Source: Lytechinus pictus (taxonomy: Eukaryota). Taken from it: a stretch of DNA of 64,000 nt. Of this stretch, positions 1-13,542 are shown piece by piece; within the stretch, counting starts at the first letter, position 1, and the number at the start of each line of letters is the position of its first letter. A program made the translations under genes and the position numbers. Where the stretch lies: positions 27,406,001 through 27,470,000 of the forward strand of contig NC_087251.1 of NCBI RefSeq assembly GCF_037042905.1, given 5' to 3'. Under the pieces are notes generated by a model. It did no database searches, was not told the origin of the DNA, and saw only the letters and a list, made by a program, of their open reading frames with translations.

Positions 1-65
1 TTTTTATGTAAATCTATGAAGGTTGTATTCTCTGTAGTAGTCATCTGAAACATCACTTGTCATTA

Positions 66-165
66 ACCCAAGGTTCCCTTCTTGGTCCTCTCCTCTTCTA
101 TGTATTAATGGTCTAGTGGTTTGTAGTAATGAGCTATGCCTGTAAGCTGACAACTCTACTCTTTT
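66..165 (+). mobile_element. Degraded non-LTR retrotransposon reverse-transcriptase fragment
   Basis: acc caa ggt tcc ctt ctt ggt cct ctc ctc ttc reads TQGSLLGPLLF, matching the LINE RT PQGSxLGPxLF motif. A decayed, out-of-frame (Y)ADD-like segment (gctgacaac) follows. Confidence 0.55.
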
Positions 166-2500
166 TGCACAAATAAGATACAAGTGAACACTCTTGTGTC
201 ATTGCCAGGTTGAACAGATAAGATTATGGGCAGCTAAAAGGAAAATCAAAGAAACAGTTTACAAGACCCAATGTGAATTCTGTGTTTGTGGCTCGGAATT
301 TCATGAACACTGCCCGAAACAATACTTTCTGGAAACAAACTGAATGGTTATTAAGGATGTCCATCCATAGTAATTCGAGGAGTGTTCAGCCCTGTACGAT
401 AAGTTTCTTTCTTTGTTGAAGTCACAACTCCCCTCTTTCTCTTTGTTTCTGTAAGCAATATGGGACAATATTGAATTATACTGCTCCAAGGCAATTGGCA
501 TTTTGCATTTTGAAGGACACATGGACTGTACTCTATGCACATATTCTGCTGTTGTGGAGTACCTGCGGTCACTGCTCTGTTGATGTGTAGGGGGACATTG
601 GACTGGTTCACATGATTACCATTTGTGTCAAGGTTTCGTATCAGGCCCTGTTTACAAACCAAACTTGTGTCCTGTAGCAAGATGCTAATCTGCATAAAGC
701 ACTTTACTGACAATTTTTTGTATGCGTTGTTTAGAGGCAGTTACTTTTTTGTTTTGATGACTAGATAGATAATCCATCACACGATGTCCTCTTTGAATCC
801 CAGCTCTATTTCTATTAAGAAAATAATAGGAGTTATGTCACCATGTCAAAGAGATCCCACTTGATACAGTGGCAGTCATGCCCAACTCAGGGCCTTTCTC
901 ACCTTGACCTATCAATTATGCTAGTTGCCATATACTCCTGCACATAAAAATCAAGTGAGGTCACACCAGTTTGACACATCTGAGAGACCTCAGGTACTTG
1001 GCGATACCCAGGTCTCAGAAGTCACTGCAACTTTGCTGAATGGTTGTTTGATTTGGAATGATGTCTCTGCAATATCTTTTCACTTTCCTGCAGGTTTAAC
1101 AGCAGTTTCTTTGACTGTTTCTCAAGTCAACTCTGTAATTGATAAAGGATGTTGCAGGGATGTCGCCAAACCCGCTGAAGGCTTTCCCTCAGAATGTGAT
1201 GATTTTCAAAATGTGATGACTGTGATGATAATGGCAATAAAAGAACCAAGTATATTTCGTTTCCCTTCCCCCCCCCCCCCCCTGACCAGTCAGAAACCCA
1301 GCTGGTCAGGCCCGAAGATTCTACAGTCTATGTAGTACATTACCAGTTACCAACCAGTCCCCAGACCAGTAAACCACCTATTTACCAATTATAGGTAGTG
1401 TGTCATGAAACCTGCTTAATAGCATGGACACAGGAGCCGGCACTATTCTACTTGACACTATCACCTGATTTGTTCATGTGTTTGGACCTAGAATTGTATT
1501 ATCCAGTCCTCTCAACATGTTCCATGAAGGTCCATGCACTTCCTTTTAAAAATTAGGAATATTCCATGAAAACATAGCTGTTCTGAGTAGAAAGCAGTGG
1601 AGAGTACTGTCTTATTAACCATGTAAATTCAAGCTCCCCGCTTATTGAGAAAATTTGCTTGCATTTGGTGCAGTTGTTTGTGTTGAGTAATGCCACATTT
1701 TATTGACTGGCTATTATGTTCAGTGAGCACCAGAGTTCATTCTATCTTCTTAGCTTGTTAGCTGCTACATTTATACAGGAGTCACCTAGTTCCAGTGTAC
1801 AAAGACTATGGTCTTCTCTGCTGTATCTTGGGATAATGAATGCAAGAAAGTGGGATTATGCATAACAAGTTAACACCTTCCAGCATCTATGTCACCCAGT
1901 AATTTTCCCTAATATACAAAAAGTAAAGATGATTAATTATTTCATAAACAGTGTATTTTATGAAATCCAGAAGATCTTTAGAATTAATCCTTTGAGGAAA
2001 CACTTGTGATTTGTATCTTGGCATTCTATACAAAGGCACTTCTTTAGGGTACGCAGAATGCGATTCACCTGATCAAGATTAAACATTGACACATCAGGTT
2101 TCTTGGAATTGGTTGAAAAGCAACTATTGACACTTCTTCTGAGTACATGTAAAAGTCAGAGCACATGCCCCCAGAGGGCCAAAGGAACAAAGCTACGATT
2201 TCCACCGTAACTCTGTTCACAGAGATGTTAACTAAAAAGCGATGTAAAGGACATGATTTGTATGTCTAGTAGATGTTAATGGGTTTCCATCAAAGTGTTT
2301 GATTATGTATTGGATTTCTATTTCAGCATGACAAAGAAAAACATGAAAATCCAGCAATTTGATATTTTGATATTTGATTTGTGAAGTTATTATCCTACCG
2401 TCACTTGAATGATTCATTAGATTATTCTTTAGAAATTAAAATATGTAACATCCGCAATCCTTATTTGTGATATAATCTGGTTATGCTGAATATTTTCTTT

Positions 2501-2800
2501 ATAATAATATATAATAACGCAGTTCTTGTATAGCGCATATCACATTATGTCATAACGTCCCTATGCGCTTCCAAAGGTCTTGGATATTATTACCCTGGCT
2601 TTAGCCCCGCAGCCTTTTACAGCGCGGTGGCATTTCAAGGAATAAATTCCTGCCAGGTACTCATTCACCTCACCTGGGTTGAGTGCAGCACAATGTGGAT
2701 GAATTTCTTGCTGAAGGAAATTACGCCATTGCTGGGATTCGAACCCACGACCCTCTGTTTCAAAGTCAGAAAACTAATCCGCTGGGCCACAACGCTCCAC
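2501..2800 (-). mobile_element. tRNA-derived SINE
   Basis: On the minus strand the head has Pol III A box TGGCCCAGCGG and B box GGTTCGAATCC. The element ends in a LINE-like 3' tail (gcgctatacaag...ttattat). A fragment of its central part (tgcactcaacccaggtgaggt) recurs near 34525. Confidence 0.8.
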
Positions 2801-3387
2801 TTTCTCAATGCTTTTTGTATTCTTTCTTTTCTTAATACCTTGTCAGGATTGCAATTATAATTGAGTTACCAGCTAAATCATTAGTTTTGATTTTGAGCTA
2901 TGGGCACCTTTACTAATTATCTTTGAACAAGGTATACAGCAATGGGTGCTTCAACATTCATTAAAGAAAAAAAAAAGAACTTGCCTTGAGCTTGCCTTCT
3001 ATGCTTTTTGAAATTGTAAAACCAGGGAGGAACTGGAGCTTGTTGGCAGACATAAATTTATTTATTTTTGTTAAAAGTTTTAAACCTATAATCTATGTTT
3101 TATCATTAATTTGCTCTACTGTTAAAGCACCTTGAGCATCATACTGTGATGGAAAGTGTGCTATATAAATCTTATTATTTCTTTTCTCTTTCTCCCACTC
3201 TTTAGATTTTTTGATAATTACACACTAAATAACAGGTGGTATATCTTTTTTCCAAACATATGAAATTACAAATACATAAGCATGTTTTAACATTTTCATC
3301 TCATACTCGAGGAGGGGGGGGTCAAAATTTGTATTATTGTCACTATAGAATGATAAAGTGTGTTTAGCATATTTCATATCGGGTATA

Positions 3388-5614
3388 CAGTGCGTAAATA
3401 AAAGGAAACGGGACAGTTTTGAAAAGTCTATAAAAAATTTGTTTAAAATTATTATATCTATATTTTGATGTTAATAGATGCTCTGAGATGTTATCTTTGA
3501 AATACCACTTTAAAAAATAAATTTTGTTCATGCTTGAGCGAACACGGGACAATTTTGTCGGGGGTTCAAAAAAAGGCTTGCGCCAAAATGGCAGAAATTA
3601 GACATTTGATGATTAGACTTTTGGCTAATCAGCAGACTTCCTCTTTATCTTTTCATTGTCTTTGCCATAATTTTTGTCTCACCTGCATAGCAGAGTGAGA
3701 CTATAGGCGCCGCTTTTCTGACGGCGGCGGCGGCGGCGGCGTCAACACCAAATCTTAACCTGAGGTTAAGTTTTTGAAATGACAGCATAACTTAGAAAGT
3801 ATATGGACCTAGTTCATGAAACTTGGCCATAAGGTTAATCAAGTATTACTGAACATCCTGCCTGAGTTTCATGTCACATGACCAAGGTCAAAGGTCATTC
3901 ATTTAGGGTCAATGAACTTAGACCATGTTGGGGGAATCAACATCAAAATCTTAACCTAAGGTTAAGTTTTTGAAATGTCATCATAACTTAGAAAATATAT
4001 GGACCTAGTTCATGAAACTTATACATAAGGTTAATCAAGTATCACTGAACATCTTGCATGAGTTTCACGTCACATGACCAAGGTCAAAGGTCATTTAGGG
4101 TCAATGAACTTTGGCCGAATTGGGGGTATCTGTTGAATTACCATCATAACTTTAAAAGTTTATGGATCTGATTCATGAAACTTGGACATAATAGTAATCA
4201 AGTATTACTGAACATCCTGTGCAAGTTTCAGGTCACATGATCAAGGTCAAAGGTCATTTAGGGTCAATGAACTTTGGCCAAATTGGGGTATTTGTTGAAT
4301 TACAGCCATAAATTTGAAAGTGTGTTGGTCTAGTTCATAAAACTTGAACATAAGAGTAATCAAGTATCACTGAACATCCTGTTCGAGTTTCAGGTCACAT
4401 GAACAAGGTCAAAGGTCATGTAAGGTCAAAGAACTTTGGCCACGTTGGGGGTATTTGTTGAATTGCCATCATATCTCTATAAGTGTATTGGTCTAGTTCA
4501 TAATACGTGGAAATAAGAGTAACCAAGTATCACTGAACATCTTGTGCGAGTTATAGTAGTTTTCAAAATCAGCACTGCTGCTATATTGAATCGCGTGATG
4601 CAGGTGAGACGGCCAGAGGCATTCCACTTGTTTAATTATGCTGTCAAATTTTGTTTACAAATTTATTTATTTACCTGAATTATTTTGTTTTTCAGTTGAA
4701 ATTCTTTTAACTTTGAATTTTCCTTCATAAGTAAGAAGAAAAGACTTTTTGTCAACTCAAGTAAGAAGATCTGCATTATTAATTGGGAGAATTTGTAATT
4801 ATTCAAATCCTTTTATTATGTGAAACAAATTATGTTATGGTACCTATAAAAGACATGAATCCTATTTTCAAAGTGTTATTGAATCCTTCACGAAGTTTAT
4901 GTGCTTGACAGGACAAACAGGAAAGGATTCATGTCTTTTAACGGCAATGGTGTATTGAGTCAATTTTGAAGGAGCATGATATGGCAGATCGGGTAAAATG
5001 TATTAAACAGTTGTGAAGCCAAAGCAAAAATTTCCACTTTCTTTATTAAAATATAAAATTTTGTGATTTTGACATAATATTCAGAAAATGATATCATATT
5101 TCACTTTCTATGTTTTCTGTTATTTTCATTTCCACTTTTTTTCTTGGTCATGAATTTTTTTATTTGGGGGGGGGGAGCACCCCAAGCCCCCACCCATCAG
5201 TATGCCATTGTTCAAAGGAACCATAACCTTTGTAGCACACAATCAAAGGATTTGAAGAAAAAAACACTCTCTCCCATACTTCGGTTTAAACAAAGATTGT
5301 TCTTGCCTAAAGAAGGAATATTCACAGCTAAAAGAAAACATATTAAAAAGGAACAACAGAACGATTCAAGCAAATAAGTAGATTTGGAAATGAATTTTGA
5401 CCACATAATTCGAAAATTATGGCAAAGATAATTTTTAACCCCAGACAAAAACATTCCGTGTTTGCTCAAGCATGAACAAAACTAAATTATTTTAATGGCA
5501 TTTGAATGATAACACTTCAGAGCACCTATTGACACCGAAATATAGAGATCATAATTTGAAACAAAAGTTTTATAGACTTTTAAAATCTGTCCCGTTTTTT
5601 GTTTATACGCACTG
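3388..5614. mobile_element. Non-autonomous Tc1/mariner-like DNA transposon
   Basis: Imperfect TIRs of about 185 bp (cagtgcgtaaata... / ...tatacgcactg), TA dinucleotide on both sides, no transposase ORF. Confidence 0.75.
3672..4632 (+). mobile_element. Helentron-associated (HINE/DINE-like) element with internal tandem array, nested in the mariner-like element
   Basis: Subterminal inverted repeats gtctcacctgcat (3676-3688) and atgcaggtgagac (4598-4610), a (GGC)n microsatellite near the 5' end, about 5 tandem units of 162-196 bp, and a 3' end cttgtt in a T-rich site. Confidence 0.7.
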
Positions 5615-6204
5615 TATATGCCTCTGTCTGTGTTGAGGCAATATACATCATTATACAAGGCAACTTCTTAAAGGTAGCAGCCTCAATGTCTCACTCTTCA
5701 GAGTTGAGTTCATATCGTTTCTATGTCACCAAATCATTCTAAACATTTCATGGAAAAGCTTTAAATACATACATGTACATGTGAGGTTCTCAGAAATATA
5801 GGTAGATCTTTACAGTGATTGTTAATTTTAACGGGATAGCAATCAAGAAAATACTTTTTCTCTGCTGATTGCCAGAGTTTTCTTACCTGTGTGGCGATTT
5901 TTAAATTCAAGGAATCAATGCTTCTATATAAAAATATTGAATCTTTAAGGATCATTATTGTTGTTTTATGAAATAATATTTAAATTACTCAAGCAGGTGC
6001 AAGTAAAACTGTCCAGCTGCGTTAACTCTGGAAAAGTCCTCAATGCTTTTCTTTATCTCATATAAACCTTGTCAAAGGTGGATATTTATTCCCGATGCCC
6101 TTTGCAATGTGAATTATTTATGTACTAATAGATGACTGAGAATTATGACATTTTCTGCTATGATTGATTATTTCTCACCATTGTTCCTGTACTTGTATTT
6201 TCAG

Positions 6205-6342
6205 ATTGGGTAACTTTGAGAAGGGTGATGACTACAAGAAAACATGGAAAGGAAATGACGATGGCAAGGTCAACTCTCACCAGCCAATGAGAGTGGAGGA
6301 TGATCGTGACGGTATGGCAGGCAACCAAACCATGATTACAAG
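6205..6342 (+). CDS. SNAP25: SNAP-25 internal exon (linker between the two SNARE motifs); upstream exons lie outside the window
   Basis: ttttcag| acceptor and |gtaaat donor, phase 2/2. Encodes LGNFEKGDDYKKTWKGNDDGKVNSHQPMRVEDDRDGMAGNQTMITR, which aligns with the SNAP-25 linker (cf. vertebrate [26 protein letters not shown]). Confidence 0.93.
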
Positions 6343-7030
6343 GTAAATCATCAACATTTTCTATTCCGGGGCCTGTTGCAGCAATCAAAATGAACATAAA
6401 GTTTGATTTTTTTTTTAACCACTCTGAAGCGTACACTTGGCTCTTAGGTTAGATTTGTTTAATTGCATTCAAAGGTAGTACTCTCTGCCACTGGACCCAA
6501 AGTTTTTTTTTTTTTTTAAATAAATGTATAAATTTACCAAACTTTGAGAAATAACATGGTAGGATTGATCATTGTCCAATTCAAATCCAGGTTTAAATTG
6601 CCATGCCATTGATGGCAGAATTATAATCATTGGTAATTTTTATCAACTGGGAGTGGTTCACCACGTAAACCAATGCAAATGAATAAGTACTCCCTCAAAA
6701 CAGACTCTTACTAGCTCTTCTTAAAAAACATCTTATAAATGTTTTTTTTTTAATGATCGCTTCAAGGCTACAGAAGTAATGAAAGATTACCATGAAAATT
6801 CTAGCATCAATTTTTTATACTAAGAAATGGGAGTATGGTCAATACAGAAGTATTTATTTATATAATGTATACATTATAATTGCAAAAAAAGAGAGAAAAT
6901 GGTTTAAATCACAATGTCACATTAAAAGGATTGCTATCATCAACTGACCTAAGCACTAAACCAGGATTTTTAGTCCAGCTTTTTTCTTTTTGAACGGCCA
7001 AGGCTGCTTGATAGCAATTTATCCCAGAAG

Positions 7031-7746
7031 CAGGCATGAGAATTGTCTGATTTCTTATCGGAATTCCGATTTTTTTTCCATCAAAATCTGTCGTTGCCGA
7101 GTTCGATGTGAATTTGATATAATATTTGGGGGGTAGCGAGTCACTGCGAGGCTGAATCTTTACCGGGCCGCGCCGGCAGAGAACGCACTGATCGATCCGT
7201 TGCTAGCTACGCTAGCTCAAGCAGCAACACGCACGGAGCGCGAGACTGCACCGCGCACTACTTCGGTCGCACCACTGACATGAACGATGCGAGCGAAAAT
7301 TGTGCGGTGGCTTTAATTCAGTCTCTAGTATCAAAATGGCGGCATCCACACCAAAGTTCGTTGATCGTGATGGGGGGGAAGCGGACCCGAAAGAGATAGA
7401 TAAATCCGTCAAAAATAGATGGAACTGGTTGTGGTGTGACCATATAATTTTGGAAGGCACTTCTGATGAACATTTGGCCGGGGATTGTATTCGTAAGCTG
7501 TACAATCAGGTGAAGCTTGGTGCTTATGGTGCAATGACAGCATAAGGTATGGCAACGGAGGTCTTAAAACACTGCGTCAGCATGCCACTGGAGACAAACA
7601 CAAGAAGAGATTCCGTGAAAGAAGGACCAACTGCTGCCTAAACTTTGGTAATTTTTGGACACCCTGCAGGGGCGCTGCCCCTGGAACCCCGTCCGTAGGT
7701 TTAATTTCCTTTCAGATATTTTTCAAGAAAGTCATTCTCATGCCTG
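7031..7746 (+). mobile_element. Internally deleted hAT-like transposon retaining the transposase N-terminus
   Basis: 13-bp TIRs caggcatgagaat / attctcatgcctg. The ORF from ATG 7336 (MAASTPKFVDRD...) continues after a frameshift as AWCLWCNDSIRYGNGGLKTLRQHATGDKH, a BED-like CxxC...HxxxxxH zinc finger. Confidence 0.7.
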
Positions 7747-9936
7747 CTGAAGACTTCATACAAGGCCAAGGTTAGCGAAACACGGCCTCCAGGCAAAATA
7801 AATTAAGCATTTTACAACAGGTTTGGCAAGGCCCAGGTTACATTAAATGTCACCTGTTATGCTGTTATCTTAGGCAGCGTTTCTGTTTCCACCTGCCCTA
7901 TCAAGGAATTACCTGTAAAGCATTGATACCTGATAAGGCGTTCACACCTGCCTGTAGCAGATGAAGTTTTTGTTATTATGAGCCTGAACATGACTTCACA
8001 TCACAGAATTCTACTGGCATCTCATGAAAGGTTCTCTTAATGTTGAAAAGTAATCATCGCTTCATGGTTATTCTGTTTGTGGAGAACAAGTACTTTGCTT
8101 TCATAATGGGTGAGATGTGTGTATACTGTATAAGTTCATCTAGTGGCATCAACTATTACATGTATATCTGAATCAATGATGCAGGATTTTACTTGAGGTT
8201 TATTTGTTTTGCCAATGTATGCAAAGATCTGCATCTGACCAAATAGAATAATTCAAATTAGTTAATTTAATATTAAAGATTTAATTCCTTTGTTGATATT
8301 GTTCTATGATCAGCCCCATGAGGTTTTCTTTCGGCAGGTGTCTAGATAGCTCCCCGATAGTATGTATTGAGTTTAAGGGCATATTTCAGAATCTAGTTCT
8401 CGGTCAGAGTACTGTCCTTTTCAATATGCATTGATAAATCAATTTGTGTAGATGTTGTGCATTTACTTTCTCTTTGTGGCTTGCAATGCTCATTGTGCTC
8501 CTTTAAGAACAGTGGTCAGTATGGAATATTCATGATGTTTTGGTAATGTCGATTGTGCACCATTGTGTGTTGTTTTTGAGGGGTGGAGAGGAATAATCTT
8601 TCATGCAACATGAGCTTTTTGAAGCAGTTGATTTCTCGGACCTGTTCTGTATCACTGTAAATGGAACATTCTCAACTTCATAAGGTGCATATATTGTTGA
8701 TGAAGAGATAGGTCACTTGAAACCTTCTAGCAAATAATACAATGGATGATGAATTGTTTAGTAAATAAATTTTCATGTGCATAAAACTATACATGACATG
8801 CATCTGTGTAGTCAAGGCAGACCAATTCAAAAGATAGGAGTGTAATAGATAATTTGATACATGCAGTACCACTGATGATTATTCTACAAGAATTATACCA
8901 CTTACACCATATAAAAGATAATGGAACACACTTATGGATACCTAGCAATAGGTCCATTGTATACCCATTTTACATAGGAATCTACACACATGTTCATGAA
9001 TGATGATGCACCCATACCACATGGAACTAATGGTGTGTACAGAAACAATGTCCAACTATATACTGCTGTGGTCTTTACAATTCCCACCTGTTCCCCATAT
9101 AAGAAACTAACGATGTGCATATAGGAAAGGAGGACTGCCAAAATGTATTCCTGTGCCACATTGGAAGCCCATGATATCACATACAGATACCAGTTGAGGG
9201 AGTCATACTGAAGGTATTCCCTCATACTTTGTAACTATAAAACACTTTTGTGTAGAATTTTATTATAGAATAATTACTACAATAAATATTGTTGGTCTTT
9301 GTCCAGAATTCTGGCATTACAAATTAAACAATAAATCCAATTCAGTATATTTTTTCCCAAAAATTAATATTGGTTATAAACAGAGATGAATAAAGTTTTA
9401 AAACAGTTATAGACATTATAATTTATTTCACTTGAGATACATATTAAACAAACTAATATCACTCGTTTCTCAAATGCTATCCAGATAACTTGGAAGTTAA
9501 TATAGGCCCTTTTGTCAAGTTTTAATGTGTCCAACAACATAAAAGGTTCAATATTGATAAATTAGTTGTTTTCAAGAAATAGACAGTGTGTTGCCTTTTT
9601 CTAGGCAGGTGTCAAGCATTGGATACATATAAATGTCTTAGTTAAGATCCGGGAATTGAACTCCAGATCTCAATCAGGAAATACCAAAGGTTATGTACCC
9701 TTCAACTTCATGGATACATTTCAAGGGTTTATTTCCGAGGATGGAATGTAATTCTGAGCGGATACATCGTAATTCAGAGAGCTCTCTTGCAGTATTTTAG
9801 TGTACATCTGCATGTAAAGGTCTACGACTTTAGCCTACATGACTGTATTTGGATTATTGTGTACTGTGCACATAATAAGGGCAGAGATAAGACAAAATTG
9901 TGATCATGGCAACCTCAAGTTGAAAGTAATCATAAT

Positions 9937-10204
9937 GGCCCGTATTCTGAACTCTGGTTTAAAATAACTCTGGTTTAAAGTTGTGGTTTAACTATGGATA
10001 GCCAAATGTTGCACACCTGTATATGTTCAATTTATTTTCTCCTTTGACATTCAAATCATTAATAACTATCTGGCAATGCTACTGAAATATTTTCTTACAT
10101 CATGAAAGCAAAGGGATACAAAATAGTAAACATTTTAGCTTCTTATAATTTTATCACAGAGTTAGACTATGGTCTAGGTTGAACTAGACTTCAAAATTCA
10201 GGCT
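9937..10204. mobile_element. MITE (same family as 29103-29361)
   Basis: Imperfect TIRs ggcccgtattctgaa... / ...ttcaaaattcaggct. Internal similarity (gagttagactatggtcta) to the copy at 29103. Confidence 0.55.
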
Positions 10205-12247
10205 TATGCATTTTCAAATGCTTCACAATTTTTTCTTTTAGGAAGAAGGTAATATTGAAAAAAAAATGTCTATTTCAGATGCCCTCTCATTTAAAATTTG
10301 TCAAAATATTGCCTGTTTGCTTTAAACCTGATGATAACAAGTGTTCATATTAAATGAAATAGCATCCTTAGAATGATGAGCTTATATAATTAGATGTTAT
10401 TGGGACTGTCCTCTTTTTCACTTGTGTGAAATGAATAGACTAGTGAAGAATGTAATTATTTAAAGTCCCCCCACCCCCCAAAAAAGGAGGGGTGTAAGTT
10501 TCCATGGTTTGTGCTATAAGTCATTATGAGCAGAAGAGGGAGAGGAGAAAGAAGAAGAAGCAGGCGATAGAAGATAGAAGAAGAAAAGAGTGGAAGATGA
10601 AGAAGAAGAAAAAGAAATCTAAAACATAGATGAAAGAAGATATTGGGAAAACTCCGGTGTAACTTAAAATGAAGCCTAAAGTCCTGAAAGTTTGGTAGCC
10701 AAATGTTAAACAAATTTCCATTTTTATAACTAGATGTTCAATTTATTAGCATACTTTGTACTTAAATGCTGCAAACCATCTTGAAATGGTAAATACATTT
10801 AGTTTTCTTCGCCATAATTAAAACATGGGAAACATCCCAGTATACTCACAAGCTTACAGTATCAACAAATATTTGACAATAATAAATTTGAAAATTTTTA
10901 GCCTAGTTTAGAAGATCGCTTTCAAGACCGCTTCGATCATTCTCATTACAGGTTAAACTAGTTTCCACTAAACTAGTTTTAGGATGGTAGTGAGAAGAGG
11001 GTCTAAAGTGATTAAATCCCATGAAGTTAATTTGTTGGAATTTATTGAGATTTTATTTTTATTTGAATATTAGTGTCTTTTGGTTATTGTATAAACAAAG
11101 ATGGGTGTCATCAGTGATATTTTAAAAGTGGTGATGCATATTCTTCCCAATAAAGTGGGGGATGGACAACCCACTCTGTCCACAGTATTGACCAGTTTTT
11201 ATATTGAAACTTTATCTGAGATGAGCATTGTTTACATTTGATAATACTTGTTACTTGATATTTTGACTTTATTCAAAGAATTTATCTTTTATTGGGTTGA
11301 CGTTTTGTAATTGACTGATAAACATAGACATGCATCACCTGTTATATGCCAGCAAAGAAAAAAACAAGAGATACACACATATTGCTTGTACGTGATGAAT
11401 CACTTGTTATATTGTGATTTAATTAAATTTTTGGTACATTTATAGTAGTTTGAGAGTAACAGGACCCGGGCAGGTGCTATCAAACCTTAAGGCAAAAGCT
11501 GATGAATGGATTCATTTATTTTGTGTCGGGAGAAGAGAAATACCAAAGGTTGACAACTTGATAGCTATACACACTGACTTTAGTGATAAGGATGGAAGGG
11601 ATGTCTGTTCAACTTGTGGTCTGCTGTGTGGGAAGTGATGTTTTTGTCCTAACTAGGAGAAAAAGATTTGTGATTTTTTTTTGGAATAATTAACCACCGA
11701 ATCAGACAGTACGTTCTAATTATGCATTAAGGACGTTCCTATTTCCCTGCAATATTTTACTAAATTTTTATTGCAGAAGATCTTAATTCGAATGGCACAT
11801 AATGTGATAAAAATAATAAAATTTATTATTTTAAAAGTTTTAGGTATTAGAATAATGATTTAAGCTAAGGATTACTTGTTGCTATTCTTAATTGACATGA
11901 ATTATCCATGATTAGTTTTATAATTTTTATGAGTTCAAATTTTTGAGCATTTTTTTGTGTGCTGGTTAGCCAGAATCTGATAACCAGTAATTATTTTATA
12001 TTGGATGGCTCAGAATGGAATACAGTACCAGAAATATTCCAAGAGTTTGGGCAAATATTCCAAGAATTGCAGATTCGTGGAATACCGGTATTGGCCCTAA
12101 CGAGTGGAACATTTTTATATTCCATGAAATAAAGCCATCCAATATAATTATTATCTATCTCATCCCCCCCCCCAAAAAAAATAATAAGAGGGAGAAATTT
12201 GATTGAACAAGTCATATCACTTGAGACATATGCACTGAGATCAAATT

Positions 12248-12643
12248 TGGTCTTTACATGTGATCGGCATTTGGTTCTTTTGGTTTATCTTGCACCGCGT
12301 TTACACGCTGTTACAGCTCGCGGTGCAGAATCGGCTCGCATGGCAAACACTGGATCCGTGCGCTTTGAAGTACGTCATAATGGTAAAGTAAATGAAATGC
12401 GCGCCAATTGCCGATGCAGAATTGGCTTTCTGTTTACACGTAGTAAAAAAGCCGATTCTGCATCGGCTCGCGGTTCTGAACCTACTACTTTGGTGGTGCA
12501 AAATTGCTGATTCTGTACCGAGAGCCGATGCAAGTTAATTGCGTTTACACGCAACAAAAAAGCCGATTCTGCATCGGCTCCCGGTTCAGAACCGCGAGCC
12601 GATGCAGGATCGGCTTTTTTTAATGCAGCGTGTAAACACGGTA
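12248..12643. mobile_element. PIF/Harbinger-like MITE (family of 60286-60736 and 60778-61023)
   Basis: Shares the internal palindromic motifs gccgatgcagaatcggc and ggttcagaaccgcgagcc and the terminus gtgtaaacacggta with the copies near 60.3-61.0 kb. Left end is decayed. Confidence 0.65.
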
Positions 12644-12797
12644 ATTGACTGTCATTGTGCTCAATGCTGTGCATCGCATTGCTTTTATTGTTGTATGCGT
12701 TGTATATTTCACGCATTAGTGCATACGCACTAGACTGTTGAATACGGTCTGACATTCAACGGCAAGTTTTGTACGGGAGCCCTTGGGATATAAGTCA

Positions 12798-13178
12798 TAC
12801 CCCTTTCCTAAACCCAATAAAACCCAATTATGCGGCTAATAGCAGCATAATTTGGTCGTAAAATCAGAGGAGGACAAGAGTTATCCGCATTATTCTGATG
12901 CTGCTATTATCCGCATAATAGCGGCATCGGGACAAGATTTTGAGTTTATGAACGTATTTCCAAATAATGCGGATAATTGCCATGGTGCGGTCACAAGGTC
13001 ACCCTTTTCCAACACAACCGCATCGGAGGGGGCGTGTCCAGTTGTCATGACGATTATCCGCCTTAAAAATAATGCGGATAATTTTCGGAGTTTGTGAACG
13101 CAATTTTTATTGAATTATCCGCATTACTCTTAGGCGGCTAATTGGAGGATAGGTTTTATTGGGTTTATTAAAGGGGTA
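12798..13178. mobile_element. PIF/Harbinger-like MITE
   Basis: TIRs tacccctttcctaaacccaataaaacc / ggttttattgggtttattaaaggggta, a 3-bp TCA duplication on both sides, and internal attatccgcat repeats. Confidence 0.7.
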
Positions 13179-13397
13179 TCAGATTTTGGTCCTTTGAGGG
13201 ATACGCTCTGGTATTTAACAGGCAATTGATGCAGACCAAAATAAGCATTTTTAATGTATCGCTATTAAAAACACTGTATGTAGATGATAATGAAAAATAT
13301 ATCTGTGAAGCACTAGAAAATCAGAATATCATTCTATTTGATTAGGTGCAATAGGACAATTAACCGTTTTATCTGTTTGGACGTCATGTTTCTTTAG

Positions 13398-13542
13398 AAT
13401 AACAAACGATGCTCGCGAGGATGAGATGGACGAGAACTTGACCCAGGTAAGCGGCATTGTGGGTAATCTACGTCACATGGCCATCGACATGCAGAGTGAG
13501 ATCGGAGCCCAGAATCAACAGGTGGAACGCATCACCAGTAAG
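13398..13542 (+). CDS. SNAP25: SNAP-25 exon encoding most of the second (Qc) SNARE motif
   Basis: tctttag| acceptor and |gtaaga donor, 145 nt, phase 2/0, in frame with 6205-6342. Encodes [48 protein letters not shown]. Confidence 0.97.

Noticed and set aside
2730..2800. tRNA gene on the minus strand
   Set aside because: A and B boxes are present but run directly into a SINE body and tail; no convincing full cloverleaf.
1..6204. SNAP-25 cysteine-cluster exon (exon 5 equivalent) and possible 5a/5b-type duplication
   Set aside because: No CCGxCVCPW-like coding segment was found; it probably lies upstream of the window, so nothing can be said about it.
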